Virus record (IMG/VR): IMGVR_UViG_3300025470_000005
Location: 1 to 35,294 of that record
Reading direction: 5' to 3' (one strand)
DNA from: a virus
Taxonomy: Duplodnaviria > Caudoviricetes
DNA length: 35,294 bases
Shown: piece after piece, positions 24,925 to 34,706 of the stretch
Layout: every line of letters starts with the position of its first letter
Position numbering within the stretch: position 1 is the stretch's first letter
Position numbers and translations under genes: made by a program
Notes under the pieces: generated by a model
Seen by the model: only the letters and a program-made list of their open reading frames with translations
What the model was told of the DNA's origin: nothing
Database searches by the model: none

Positions 24925-26370
24925 TTAGAAGCTGTTGCCGTCCCATGCGTTTAGGCGTTGGACATACGCTGTTGGGCGTAGTGTACCAGAAGCACCAGTG
25001 CTTGGGTTTACACCAACATAAGTTCCGTTAGGACTAATGTCGTGCAATACTGCAACACCAGCTGGGTTACGAACAATCAATGTACCTTCAAGAATGAACT
25101 GGTCCAAACTTGCGTCAGCGTTTGAGAACACTTCGTTGTTTGGTCCTAGGTCACGCAATGAACCCCATTGTAAAACTTCTTCGTTCAAGAAGTAGATGCT
25201 GTTACCTGCACCAACTTGATCCATGATCCAAGAATCAAAAATCTCGTATGTGTAGTTGAAGTCACCTTCGTATGTAGCGATAGTGTCACCACGTTCGCTG
25301 TTCACACGGTTGATGCTACGGCTTGTAGGCATTGTGTCGCTCAAATGTGTACGCAAGCTAGTTGGGCAAACGATTGTGCGGATTTTAGCGTTGAAACGTT
25401 GTTCAGCAGTTGTAACCAATTGCTTGTACAAGCTAGGTGCAAATTGTTGCAACTGACCTGTATAAGAGTAGAAGTTACTACCTAGGTATTCACCGTTGTT
25501 GGCGTTAGAAACACCAGAACCAATTGTCAATACGTTGGCTGTACCAGCTGTTGTAACGTCACTGTTTTCGTTGTTGAACACAGTGTAGAAGTTGCTGTTA
25601 GGAGCAACAGAGAAGCTGTGTGTGCCAGCAAAGCTGTTCAACGAACCCATACGACGACCAGTTTGTGGACCGTAAGTTGTTACAGAACCAGATACTGGGC
25701 TGACAGGAGGTGTGCTAGAAACTGCTGCGTAGCTGCTGTTAGCAACGTATTGAACGTTACCACCTTGGTTACCAGTTACGGAACCACCTAGGAATGCTGC
25801 TGTTGCGCCTGCGCTGGTCAATTCAACGATACCAGCGTTGTTTGTCAATGTACCAGTAGTAATACCAGTAGTTGTACCAACAACGTTACCTGCGAAACCA
25901 ACTGCACTACCAGCTTGTCCGCTGTATTTTGTACCAATTTGGTCATTACGAACGATTTGTGCTTCAACGTCAAACATCAATTCAATCAATTGCTTGACTT
26001 CTTGATATGCTTGAGGATCACCACCAGATTGTTCAACGGCACGTGCTGTACCAGTTGCACCAACCACTGTGCTGAAAATCTGAGTGTAGTTACCCAAGTT
26101 AGCACGGCTTTGTTGTTCAACAAGTCCAGAGCTTACTGCTTGGCCTTCTTGGTTAGCTTGGATTTGTGGTAGACGGTAAACGTCGTTTGTCCACAATGGT
26201 AAAGTGCTAACAACTTTACGCTTTTTAGCCATACACATGTTTAATACAGGTGTGTCATCCTTAACGCGGTTGCTTACGTCTAAGTCTAAGTCTTTAACAA
26301 CGATGTCAGTTTGATAGCCTGAGGTACCATTGCCAATGACTGCGGTTGAGTTATAACCTTGTGCTGCCAT
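24925..26370 (-). CDS. Major capsid protein (DUF5309-type, HK97 fold) with insertions
   Basis: DTP.L, W..D, EG, GNYTQIF..V..TGTA.AV, RRMGSL, final E.TL.VRNP; follows the scaffold gene and precedes a terminator. Confidence 0.85.
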   Translation of the reverse strand: MAAQGYNSTAVIGNGTSGYQTDIVVKDLDLDVSNRVKDDTPVLNMCMAKKRKVVSTLPLWTNDVYRLPQIQANQEGQAVSSGLVEQQSRANLGNYTQIFSTVVGATGTARAVEQSGGDPQAYQEVKQLIELMFDVEAQIVRNDQIGTKYSGQAGSAVGFAGNVVGTTTGITTGTLTNNAGIVELTSAGATAAFLGGSVTGNQGGNVQYVANSSYAAVSSTPPVSPVSGSVTTYGPQTGRRMGSLNSFAGTHSFSVAPNSNFYTVFNNENSDVTTAGTANVLTIGSGVSNANNGEYLGSNFYSYTGQLQQFAPSLYKQLVTTAEQRFNAKIRTIVCPTSLRTHLSDTMPTSRSINRVNSERGDTIATYEGDFNYTYEIFDSWIMDQVGAGNSIYFLNEEVLQWGSLRDLGPNNEVFSNADASLDQFILEGTLIVRNPAGVAVLHDISPNGTYVGVNPSTGASGTLRPTAYVQRLNAWDGNSF

Positions 26371-26395
26371 AATATTCTCCTATTTTATATTGGCG

Positions 26396-27598
26396 TTATC
26401 TTCTTGTGCCACGTGCGGATCTTAATGCACTTAATTGGGCTACAAGTAAATTGTCTGCGGCTTTTTTATCGCCGCCCCTGGCTTTTTCACGAAGGCTAGA
26501 CACTTGATCTTGTTGACGTCCACTTGGCACGGAACTACGTGTATTGCGTGTGGTCAATGCAGCAATGCTTCCGCCAGCTGCTTTTGCTTTGGGTCTGTCG
26601 CGATACTTAAGTCCATCACGCAACAAGGATAAGATGTGCTCATCACTTGCAACTAGGTCTATGTTATCAACGCCTGGCACAATTTGTGTTTTGGCGCCTT
26701 GCCAACCCTTGGCAACTTTTTCACGAACTTCTTCATAAATGGCCGCATTTCGTAATTCCTTATCTTGGAATGACTTGCGGTTATTATCAAGCACTTCGCG
26801 AACTTGATTACTACGCATTTGGTAAAACTGATCCACATTGGGTTTAAGAGTATTGACAGTTTGGGCCATACGTTGTAGGTAGGCTTCATTCTGTTGCATG
26901 TTAGCTTGAATCTGAGCCTGTTGTACAGGATCTTGAGTTCTTGCTAGTTGTTGCTTAAACACATTTTGGTATTGTTGTACCTTAATAATTTCGTCATAAG
27001 CCTTTTGCAGCTGAGGACGAACTGTAAATTCCATTGCCAACATAAGACCATCAGTTTCAGCTTTCTTAGTTTGAAGATATTCATCAAACTCTGCTTTCTG
27101 GACCTTAAGTTGTCTTGCTTCTTCGCTAATTGCGGCTCCTTGGCCCAATATGGCGGCTGCTTTCTTTGCATCAATTTCAATTTCTTTACCATTACGCATA
27201 AATTTGAATTTAGCGTCTGGGTGATTCTCAGCGAACTCTAAGAAATCAATAACTTCTGCTTGGGTTGAATCTGGTTGGCTTACCTGATCGTCTTGATCTG
27301 GGGCGTCTCCTTCATCAATGCTGCCTGCATCATACTCTGCTTCTGGCTCTGCAACTTCTGGCTCAATCAAATTGGCATCGCTGTCAGGTGTTTCTTCTCT
27401 GACTGCTGCTCCTTGTGGTGCCACGGGGGCTTCTGCCTTTGCCTCAGCAGTAGTACCCGTCCCAGGTTGTATGGTAGCTGCCGCTTGGTTACGCATTGCG
27501 GCCATCTTTGCAGCTATTACATCCAGTCCAACACTGGCTTCTTTGACAGGGACCGTCTCTGGTTGGAGATTAGGTGTGTCAGTTACAATGTTCTCCAT
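26396..27598 (-). CDS. Capsid scaffolding protein
   Basis: Acidic disordered N-terminus, K...NGKEIEI, long coiled coil, basic tail; immediately upstream of the MCP gene. Confidence 0.75.
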   Translation of the reverse strand: MENIVTDTPNLQPETVPVKEASVGLDVIAAKMAAMRNQAAATIQPGTGTTAEAKAEAPVAPQGAAVREETPDSDANLIEPEVAEPEAEYDAGSIDEGDAPDQDDQVSQPDSTQAEVIDFLEFAENHPDAKFKFMRNGKEIEIDAKKAAAILGQGAAISEEARQLKVQKAEFDEYLQTKKAETDGLMLAMEFTVRPQLQKAYDEIIKVQQYQNVFKQQLARTQDPVQQAQIQANMQQNEAYLQRMAQTVNTLKPNVDQFYQMRSNQVREVLDNNRKSFQDKELRNAAIYEEVREKVAKGWQGAKTQIVPGVDNIDLVASDEHILSLLRDGLKYRDRPKAKAAGGSIAALTTRNTRSSVPSGRQQDQVSSLREKARGGDKKAADNLLVAQLSALRSARGTRR

Positions 27599-27611
27599 TG
27601 TTTCTCCTTAG

Positions 27612-27974
27612 TTAAGCGTTGGGGTCTTCAGTAGCCATTTGGCCTGTCTGTTGACTTACCACGCGATTCTTGTAATACACCGCTCTTTTGAGCGATTTAA
27701 TAAATTCATCTATTCCCGCCAGCTGATTGCCTAGTGCTATCCGCTCTGCGTTGCTGTCTGCTGTGTGATTACTGATCTCAGCAAGCACTTCCATGCGTTC
27801 AAACTTGAATATGTGTATAAAGTAAGCAAAGTCTCTGTTACGCAACAGGTTCTCTGCTTGTGTTCCTACTTCTTTGACGCGATCCAATTGGCTTGGCGTC
27901 ATTTTCTTAATATTATTGGGGTCTACATTGACACGTTTATTAAACGCATCAATGACGTCATCATTGATTAACAT
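27612..27974 (-). CDS. Conserved small protein between portal and scaffold
   Basis: AENLLRNRDF helical motif; typical podovirus position. Confidence 0.7.
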   Translation of the reverse strand: MLINDDVIDAFNKRVNVDPNNIKKMTPSQLDRVKEVGTQAENLLRNRDFAYFIHIFKFERMEVLAEISNHTADSNAERIALGNQLAGIDEFIKSLKRAVYYKNRVVSQQTGQMATEDPNA

Positions 27975-27997
27975 ACATTACCTTAATACAGTAAAGT

Positions 27998-28004
27998 TAT
28001 TTAT
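27998..28004 (-). promoter_or_regulatory. Late-promoter core ATAAATA
   Basis: In the gap after the portal stop, upstream of the scaffold/capsid unit. Confidence 0.65.
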
Positions 28005-28006
28005 GT

Positions 28007-30307
28007 TCAAAATGCTCTGGCTTTGTGTTCACCAATAAGACTGACTCCATCCAATTGCATCTTGGCACTTGCGCCGCTGACATCAGCCATGACTTGTTGT
28101 GTCTTGGCTTGATCCAATGCTGCGCTGGCTTTGTCTTTGAGTTCAGCTGCTGGCGGATTGGCTTTGGCTGCTTCTGCTGCTGCTTGTGCTTTCTGTGCTG
28201 CTTGTTGTGCCATTTTAGCGGCTTCTTCCAACGTGACAAGATACACATCTGCTTCTTTGACACTGAGTGCATACAACATGTCTTCGTATGGCTTGCGTAT
28301 TTTCTTAAACAGTGTAGGATCATCAATACCATTGACAATCATTTGTTGTAGTTCAGCGTTGAATTGTGTTTGTGCCTGTTTGATCAACTGTATACGTTGC
28401 AAACTGTTTTCTTCACTGTTCATGCCCATGGCTAAATCAATGTGAATTGTTTTACGTTCATTGAAGTCATAGTTTTCAAAGCGTTCACCATCCATAAAAA
28501 CGGGTTTGCCTTCTGGGTGGAACTCTTGTGCCAGTTTACGCACACCCCAATCATCTGCATGTGCAACCAGTGTACGCCAAATTAACCAAATGGCATCCTT
28601 CAAGCCTTCAGCACAATTTTTAACTGTGTTGTCTTGAATAATTTGGTTTGGACTTAGAGCCAAGTTTAGTTTGGCACCTGAATTACCTGGATCCATAACT
28701 TCTGGATTGAATACGTCTTGTGGCGTGGTCATGCCCACCATGGCCATTTGGTCTTGCTGCATACGTTGCAGTGTATTGTCCATAAACGTTGGATTACCTT
28801 GTGGTGTTGGCAATGCGTAGATGTCTTTGGTAGGATCAAACTTGCTGTCCAAAATAAAGATAGCAGCTTCACCGTCTTGAATCATTTCAAAGTCCACACG
28901 ATCTGGCTTGACACCAATACGTGGAGTTGACTGTAGCAAGCCCATCATTAGTTCTGCGCGATATCCTGATGTCATGTACTCTTGCATTGGAGTCACAGAT
29001 TCAGCAATACTCATACCATAGAAGTTTTGTGGCAGTGGTTTTGGTACCATGTTGGCCACAGGAATAAATTCTACTTCACGTGCGCTGATAACATACTGAC
29101 CACTATAGATCAATTCAACAAGTTCCAACTCGCCGTCGCCGTCAATATCGTAGCGGTTCCAAACAGTAAGCACAGTAACTTGACGTGCTTCTGGTTCTTG
29201 TGCTGCATAGCCTTGTGCTGGCAATCCATTAATAGGCACGCTATCACGAGCATGGATGGCCAAATTGTTGAGCAAGCTACCAGCCTGATAGCTGCCCACG
29301 TTTGAGTATTCCGCATAGATCTTGAACTCCTCTAGATCAATGTCTGGATACAACTCAGTTGCTTCTTGAATACTCATTGGTTTGTAGAAACCGCAGAAAG
29401 GTTGCTCTTGAATTTCTATCACAGTGGGGTCACACATCCAATAGTGTTGCGCTATAGGACGGAACTTGACGTTCACTGTGTAACCAGTCAGCTTATACTC
29501 TGCATCATAAATGGTGTTACGAGCAATAGCTTCGCTTAGGGCGTCTTCGCCTTCTTGTAGTTGTACATTGTTTTCGTCTGTGTGATCTTCAAATGGCTGT
29601 TCCTCAAAATCACCACCAGCAATGGCCTTACTGCGGTCAATACGCTCTTGAATTAGTTGTTGTGCCTGCTTGTCATCTGCGGCGTGTAGAAACTGTTGTG
29701 TTTCTGCTGCTACCTTGGCTAGGTCAACACCTTTTTTACGACGACTGTTGCGTTTTACTTTTAGGCCTGATTCTTCTGCTTGTTGTTCAAATGCTTTTAG
29801 TTGGTCTTCTGTACCGCTTGTGGTTACATAACGAACAACCTGCTCGCGCATGGGAGCAATCAACATCTCGCCGTTTTTGTGTAGGCAAGCATCCATGGTC
29901 CAGTGTTGTAGAATAAAGTGAGGATCATTGTTTTGGTTAATAATCTTGTGAACCATTTCTGTGGCTTGACGTGCTGCTGCCTCGTCATCTTCATTGTCCG
30001 CTACAAATTCAAAATTGATCTCACCATTTTGTGCAAGTCCTTTGACAATGACTGCACTGCTGTAATCAACTACGGGTTTTACTGTGGGATGGATATAGTC
30101 AATGCCATTAACTGGTTCTGTTGACTGTGTCATGGCCAGAACCAAATAGTGATAATCGCTGGTTCTGTTGATGTTGTTCTTTGTTGCTAATAAGCGCAAG
30201 TTGGCCGCACATTTTTGGTCCAACAAACTCTTCATTTTTACAAAACGAGCGAGACTGCCGCTGTTTGTGTTTAAGTTGCTTACAACAACATTCTTTAGGT
30301 TAAGCAT
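28007..30307 (-). CDS. Portal protein (P22-like, with C-terminal helical barrel)
   Basis: EDDEAAARQATE, YDIDGDGELEL, P.P..FYG.SIAE...MQ and a Q/A-rich C-terminal helix; follows TerL. Confidence 0.9.
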   Translation of the reverse strand: MLNLKNVVVSNLNTNSGSLARFVKMKSLLDQKCAANLRLLATKNNINRTSDYHYLVLAMTQSTEPVNGIDYIHPTVKPVVDYSSAVIVKGLAQNGEINFEFVADNEDDEAAARQATEMVHKIINQNNDPHFILQHWTMDACLHKNGEMLIAPMREQVVRYVTTSGTEDQLKAFEQQAEESGLKVKRNSRRKKGVDLAKVAAETQQFLHAADDKQAQQLIQERIDRSKAIAGGDFEEQPFEDHTDENNVQLQEGEDALSEAIARNTIYDAEYKLTGYTVNVKFRPIAQHYWMCDPTVIEIQEQPFCGFYKPMSIQEATELYPDIDLEEFKIYAEYSNVGSYQAGSLLNNLAIHARDSVPINGLPAQGYAAQEPEARQVTVLTVWNRYDIDGDGELELVELIYSGQYVISAREVEFIPVANMVPKPLPQNFYGMSIAESVTPMQEYMTSGYRAELMMGLLQSTPRIGVKPDRVDFEMIQDGEAAIFILDSKFDPTKDIYALPTPQGNPTFMDNTLQRMQQDQMAMVGMTTPQDVFNPEVMDPGNSGAKLNLALSPNQIIQDNTVKNCAEGLKDAIWLIWRTLVAHADDWGVRKLAQEFHPEGKPVFMDGERFENYDFNERKTIHIDLAMGMNSEENSLQRIQLIKQAQTQFNAELQQMIVNGIDDPTLFKKIRKPYEDMLYALSVKEADVYLVTLEEAAKMAQQAAQKAQAAAEAAKANPPAAELKDKASAALDQAKTQQVMADVSGASAKMQLDGVSLIGEHKARAF

Positions 30308-30332
30308 TCTGAGATTACCTTTTACAATATAG

Positions 30333-30339
30333 TATTTAG
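30333..30339 (-). promoter_or_regulatory. Late-promoter core CTAAATA
   Basis: In the 35-nt gap between TerL and portal. Confidence 0.65.
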
Positions 30340-30342
30340 TGA

Positions 30343-31968
30343 CTATTCATCCGCGCTGTACACACGCTTCCAAGGTGGGCGTTCTATGGCTGCTTGTTGT
30401 GCTTGACGCACACGCAAGTTATGAGCAGCGTCTCTAAAACGCTGTTGGGGACTGCGACTATCCCAGGGTTCTGCCCAGCCATTTAGGCATCCAAGTAGGG
30501 CATAACGTGCTGAGTCAATGCAGTCATCAGGATCGCTAAAGCGTCCTTTGTCATCTACGTAGTAGTTTTGGCATTCACGCAGGAATTCTACACAATTTTC
30601 ATTGATATGGAATGTGCCCAACTCCATCATTTGGCGCATCATGTTTATACCAAAGCTCTTGTGGTTTGTGACACGTCCTTGTTCATCTGCGGGATTGTGT
30701 ATGGGCTCTGGATACACATTGAGTTCGTATTGTTCAAACAGTTGTCTAATGCTGAGTGCGCTCATGGTGTAGCGTCCCACAGTGCCCGCATCTGGAGGCA
30801 GCACAATAGGAGTGCCAAACACTTCTGGACGCATGAGATGCTGCACATAATTGATGGGGTTGGCTTCTTCTGTGCCTTTGACCACTATTTGCTTATCCAG
30901 CCATGCTTCTTGTTCGTTAGGCATCCAGTAGATTAGGCTCAACACTGTCTTGTCATTGACAAGTCCTAGGTCAAGAGCAATAAGCCTATAAATGCCGCTA
31001 GTATTACGGAAGTCATAATCACCAGTTTTATAAGTGGGCCAGTTTCTAATTTGAAACACAGCTCCCTTGCCCATAACAGGAACGCCATTACGACGAGCAT
31101 CGCGTTCATGAGGTAGATAATCTCGTTCAAGTTGTAGCCTTGTTGAATTTAATAGGAATGGTTCGCCCCAGGGATCATATTCAGGTACATCATCCCAGCT
31201 GACACGTATGTGTTCATAACCATCTTCATGGTTCCAAAACTTACTTACCAGTCCATTTAGACCTTTCAATGGTGTGAACGAGCAAAGAACTTGGCCTTGC
31301 GTTGTGGCAGTACGTGTTACAATTTCACTGAAGAAGTCATCAGGTGGTTGTTCGTCAAATATGGCCAAGTTCAGTTTGAAACCTTGCATCTGACGTACTT
31401 CCTGTGTGTAGTTGGCAAACAACAAATAACTGTTGCTACCACTACGGTGTTTGATCTCAACACCAATACAGTTGGCACCATCGCCACGCATGGTATCAAA
31501 CACAATACATTCTCTGGGAATGGCACCTGTGCCAATGGCATCACGGATTTTGACATCATTGGTGCCTAATAATTCTGCTTGCAATACCAGCGCAACCTGA
31601 CTCCAACCTTCACCAGCAACCATGGCTGTGACAGGTTTGTCAAAGCGTTTACCATCCCACCATTCAGGATAACGTCCAGTCAAGTGACATGCTGTTTCAA
31701 AACAGGTTGACACTGTTTTACCAATACGGTTGGCAGCAAGGATACCCCTACGTGGACTAGCACCAGTTCTAAAAAACTTGCGCTGATGTTCAAAGGGCCT
31801 AAAGTACTTGAGTTGGTTATAGCGCATGTCCTCTGCAATGGCAATGGCATATTCCTGTAGGCTGGCCTTGGCTCCAGGAGGCAATTGATCAATGATGTGT
31901 AGGGGTACGTTTTGTTGTTCGCAACAATAGCGTACCGCACGCCGCATGAGCACAGCAGTATCAATCAT
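30343..31968 (-). CDS. terL: Terminase large subunit
   Basis: Walker A AANRIGKT, Walker B AIFDEQPP, coupling motif FTPLKG, nuclease ALDLG...DDCIDSARY. Confidence 0.95.
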   Translation of the reverse strand: MIDTAVLMRRAVRYCCEQQNVPLHIIDQLPPGAKASLQEYAIAIAEDMRYNQLKYFRPFEHQRKFFRTGASPRRGILAANRIGKTVSTCFETACHLTGRYPEWWDGKRFDKPVTAMVAGEGWSQVALVLQAELLGTNDVKIRDAIGTGAIPRECIVFDTMRGDGANCIGVEIKHRSGSNSYLLFANYTQEVRQMQGFKLNLAIFDEQPPDDFFSEIVTRTATTQGQVLCSFTPLKGLNGLVSKFWNHEDGYEHIRVSWDDVPEYDPWGEPFLLNSTRLQLERDYLPHERDARRNGVPVMGKGAVFQIRNWPTYKTGDYDFRNTSGIYRLIALDLGLVNDKTVLSLIYWMPNEQEAWLDKQIVVKGTEEANPINYVQHLMRPEVFGTPIVLPPDAGTVGRYTMSALSIRQLFEQYELNVYPEPIHNPADEQGRVTNHKSFGINMMRQMMELGTFHINENCVEFLRECQNYYVDDKGRFSDPDDCIDSARYALLGCLNGWAEPWDSRSPQQRFRDAAHNLRVRQAQQAAIERPPWKRVYSADE

Positions 31969-32330
31969 TAAAGACCTTTACTGATTTGTTCTAAGTAATA
32001 GGCAGCACGGGCAAGGTCAGCAAGTTCGCTGGTGTTGAGTCTCCATGTACTAGGTTGTCCAGGATCTTCTTCACCTTGCTTTTCAAAACTGCGCTGTAGA
32101 CGTTCCATTGTGAGACGTAGGCAATGACGCACCTGTCTTGGATAACGTTGTTCAAACGCATCAAGATGTGCGCCGTTGACCTTTTGCATGATCTTTGTGT
32201 CAGCCACTGCCAAGGCCTCTAAGTCACCAGCAAGTCCTGTCGCGATGTGTGCGTTAGGATCTGGCGCTGACTTAACAGGCTTGGTAAGTATGGGACGTCT
32301 TGGAACGAAACTCGTCATTACATGTTCCAA
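31968..32330 (-). CDS. Hypothetical protein, 120 aa (alternative TerS candidate)
   Basis: Helical and coupled to the terL start; no diagnostic motif. Confidence 0.6.
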   Translation of the reverse strand: MEHVMTSFVPRRPILTKPVKSAPDPNAHIATGLAGDLEALAVADTKIMQKVNGAHLDAFEQRYPRQVRHCLRLTMERLQRSFEKQGEEDPGQPSTWRLNTSELADLARAAYYLEQISKGL

Positions 32331-33022
32331 GGATTGTCAATGGCTTGACTTGCATCACCACCTATAACAAAGTCACGGTCAATCCAGGTTTCCCATTGTG
32401 TCTTGTTGCCAATTTTCATTTTGCTCATGAAGTTTTTTAGGCGTGTGCCCATGGGAGTGATCTCACCACTTGGCCAACGAATAACCTGTTCACCTGTGCG
32501 TGGATCAACCCATTCATACTTTTCTGGTACCTTCTGTCCAAACTTGTTTACACGCTCACCAACTGCACGTTGTGCGATGGGTCCCATGACTTCATAGGTA
32601 ATGGTGTTGTCAATGTACTTCTTGAACAGTACGCTACACTTTTGTCCTGTAGCTGCCCACGAAGGATCTGGATGAGGAAATGTGTCACATTGGAATTGGC
32701 TAACTGGAATGTGACTACGAATGTGATAGGGACGTGCGGGAATTGGTTTCATTGCGTCCACAGGCACAATGTCATTCTTGTCTAGGTAGGGATTTTCTCC
32801 ACCAACCAGGGCTGGGTCTGGTTCACCGCCGTTGAGAATGTGCATGGCAGTTTCATATTTGAACTTGTTGCTGCGACCCTTGAGGTTCACAGTATAACCA
32901 GTTTGATCAAATACAAACTTTTCTAATTCACGGGCTGTGGGGAAGTCTGTTTGCAAGCCCTCTAGATCATATAAGGGTTCGCTGTGTGCGGGCGCTGCCG
33001 CTGTGGTTGTTGTTTTTTTCAT
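32318..33022 (-). CDS. Hypothetical protein, 234 aa
   Basis: SD AAAGGT; preceded by a structured leader and a TAAATA core. Confidence 0.8.
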   Translation of the reverse strand: MKKTTTTAAAPAHSEPLYDLEGLQTDFPTARELEKFVFDQTGYTVNLKGRSNKFKYETAMHILNGGEPDPALVGGENPYLDKNDIVPVDAMKPIPARPYHIRSHIPVSQFQCDTFPHPDPSWAATGQKCSVLFKKYIDNTITYEVMGPIAQRAVGERVNKFGQKVPEKYEWVDPRTGEQVIRWPSGEITPMGTRLKNFMSKMKIGNKTQWETWIDRDFVIGGDASQAIDNPWNM

Positions 33023-33042
33023 AATAATACCTTTAATTAATA

Positions 33043-33098
33043 TGCCGCCAGTATAGCAAAACGGACTATGACAACAGTGCTGGCGGCACCCACTGCTG
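33043..33098 (-). ncRNA. Candidate 5'-leader pseudoknot
   Basis: Stem CAGCAGTG/CACTGTTG; its loop TGCCGCCAG pairs perfectly with the downstream CTGGCGGCA. Confidence 0.55.
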
Positions 33099-33100
33099 AG

Positions 33101-33107
33101 TATTTAC
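33101..33107 (-). promoter_or_regulatory. Late-promoter core GTAAATA
   Basis: Immediately 5' of the pseudoknot candidate. Confidence 0.6.
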
Positions 33108-33111
33108 ACGT

Positions 33112-33462
33112 TTAATCTTTGTATTTGTTTTTACGTGCTGTAAAGCGTTGGTGCTGATTGTCTTCAATTGATCCACCTTCAGGAACTTCATGTTCTCCAG
33201 GATTGGCTTCAAGCTGTCTAGCACGACCCTCAAACGCTCTAGAGATGTGGTCACTCAATTCATAGCGTTCTGATTTGGCATCTAGGAAGTTGCCACGCTT
33301 GGCACGGTGTGCGCCTTCATTGCCTGTGCGTGGACCCTGTGCCACGTTGACATTGTCACGTGCATGTGGATTGCGTCCAAACGACTCGTCACGTGTGTCA
33401 GCACGGTCTGCTGTGCTGTTTTTCTCAATATAGACTTTGCCTGTGTATTCTCTCATGATCAT
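33112..33462 (-). CDS. Charged, disordered hypothetical protein
   Basis: ATGA overlap with the upstream gene; R/H/D/E-rich. Confidence 0.7.
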   Translation of the reverse strand: MIMREYTGKVYIEKNSTADRADTRDESFGRNPHARDNVNVAQGPRTGNEGAHRAKRGNFLDAKSERYELSDHISRAFEGRARQLEANPGEHEVPEGGSIEDNQHQRFTARKNKYKD

Positions 33463-33659
33463 TTACCTTTGTGCATGTGCTTTAGCGTTTCAGCTAGGTG
33501 GGCACGTCGTGCCAGTGCGGGGTTCTTGCTGTGTTCAGCGCGAGCCAATTTAGCTGCTGGAATAGTTTTGCCTGCTGCCACATGTAGTTCTTTGTGTAGC
33601 ACGCCTGGATGTTTAATGGCCTGTGCGATCCAGTGTCGCCCTTTTGTAGAATGTTCCAT
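33459..33659 (-). CDS. Small basic conserved phage protein
   Basis: WIAQAIKHPG.LHKEL.V..GK.IP..KL...RA.LAETLK pattern; SD AAGGAG. Confidence 0.8.
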   Translation of the reverse strand: MEHSTKGRHWIAQAIKHPGVLHKELHVAAGKTIPAAKLARAEHSKNPALARRAHLAETLKHMHKGK

Positions 33660-33668
33660 AGCTGCTCC

Positions 33669-33983
33669 TTAGTATGGCAATGTGGAGATTGGTACAATGT
33701 ACACGTTGCCGCTGCCGTAAATGGCTGTGGTTAGAATAGTTAAGTTGCTGGCCACTAGCGGTGGAGCTAGAGGAGCAGTGACTTTGCTTTCACCAGGTTG
33801 TACAACAATGTTGGCAAAGCTGGTGCCACCTGTGGGAAACACTGCAACTTTAACTGGTGTGCCGCCTGTGGGCACTACAACGTCAAAGCTGGCACTACCG
33901 CCTGCTGTGTGATATGTTAGTGTGCTTGTGGTTGTTGCTGTGACAGCAATGGGTTCACCACGTGCGATATAGTGTGCGCTCAT
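33669..33983 (-). CDS. Small all-beta protein (possible capsid decoration)
   Basis: T/V/G-rich strands ending GNVYIVP; function is inference. Confidence 0.6.
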   Translation of the reverse strand: MSAHYIARGEPIAVTATTTSTLTYHTAGGSASFDVVVPTGGTPVKVAVFPTGGTSFANIVVQPGESKVTAPLAPPLVASNLTILTTAIYGSGNVYIVPISTLPY

Positions 33984-33985
33984 GA

Positions 33986-34402
33986 TTAACGGCTAGCCTT
34001 TGTGATATAGATAGCGTCAGAGTTAGCGTATGCTGGACGTTTACCAAATGGTTCAATGGGATGTCCTTGTGCTGCTGTGCTAACAGTACGACGATTAGGA
34101 TCTTTGGTAACGCTGGGTCCAATTGACTCCATACGATCCGCATGACTGTCTGAGGCATTGCCCTTACGGTTAGATTCCATGAGTCCATGATTGATCATGT
34201 CTGGATTCTTTACCATGTGTGCCATTGGATTCGCGCATAGGTGTTCACGACCATGTGTCTTGTTAACGCCATCGCCCATCTGTCCGTTAAAGGCAAACGC
34301 CTTGCCATCGCCCTGTTGCGTCTTAGCAGTGCGTGGAGCATACATGCCTTCACCCTTGTGTAAGCCTGTTGCTGTCTTACGGTTTAATGTTGTGTTTTTC
34401 AT
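33986..34402 (-). CDS. Basic, disordered hypothetical protein
   Basis: Tightly packed in the operon; K/H/M/G-rich. Confidence 0.7.
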   Translation of the reverse strand: MKNTTLNRKTATGLHKGEGMYAPRTAKTQQGDGKAFAFNGQMGDGVNKTHGREHLCANPMAHMVKNPDMINHGLMESNRKGNASDSHADRMESIGPSVTKDPNRRTVSTAAQGHPIEPFGKRPAYANSDAIYITKASR

Positions 34403-34403
34403 T

Positions 34404-34706
34404 TTACATTCCCTTTAGTTTACGCACTGCGTGATGGTCGTCTTCATGTTTGCGTCCATCTGTGTGTTTCATGTTTGCTGGATGACTGTGGCGTGTTTGC
34501 ATTGCAGGATGTGCTGTGTGATGCACTTGCTCCTCAACGCCACCCGCTTGTTCAAAGTCAGCATGTTCATCATCAGAGTGCAAGGCACGTTGACCCATGC
34601 GACCTGGTCCCGCCTTGTTGTGTTCCATACGGGCTTGTTCACTGCCCTGCTTCATAACCATGCTTGTTGGGTTTAGGTTATACACACCCTTTGTTAGTTT
34701 TGACAT
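34404..34706 (-). CDS. His-rich hypothetical protein
   Basis: HHTAHP...RHSHP..KH...KHEDDHH; TAATG overlap with the upstream gene. Confidence 0.7.
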   Translation of the reverse strand: MSKLTKGVYNLNPTSMVMKQGSEQARMEHNKAGPGRMGQRALHSDDEHADFEQAGGVEEQVHHTAHPAMQTRHSHPANMKHTDGRKHEDDHHAVRKLKGM

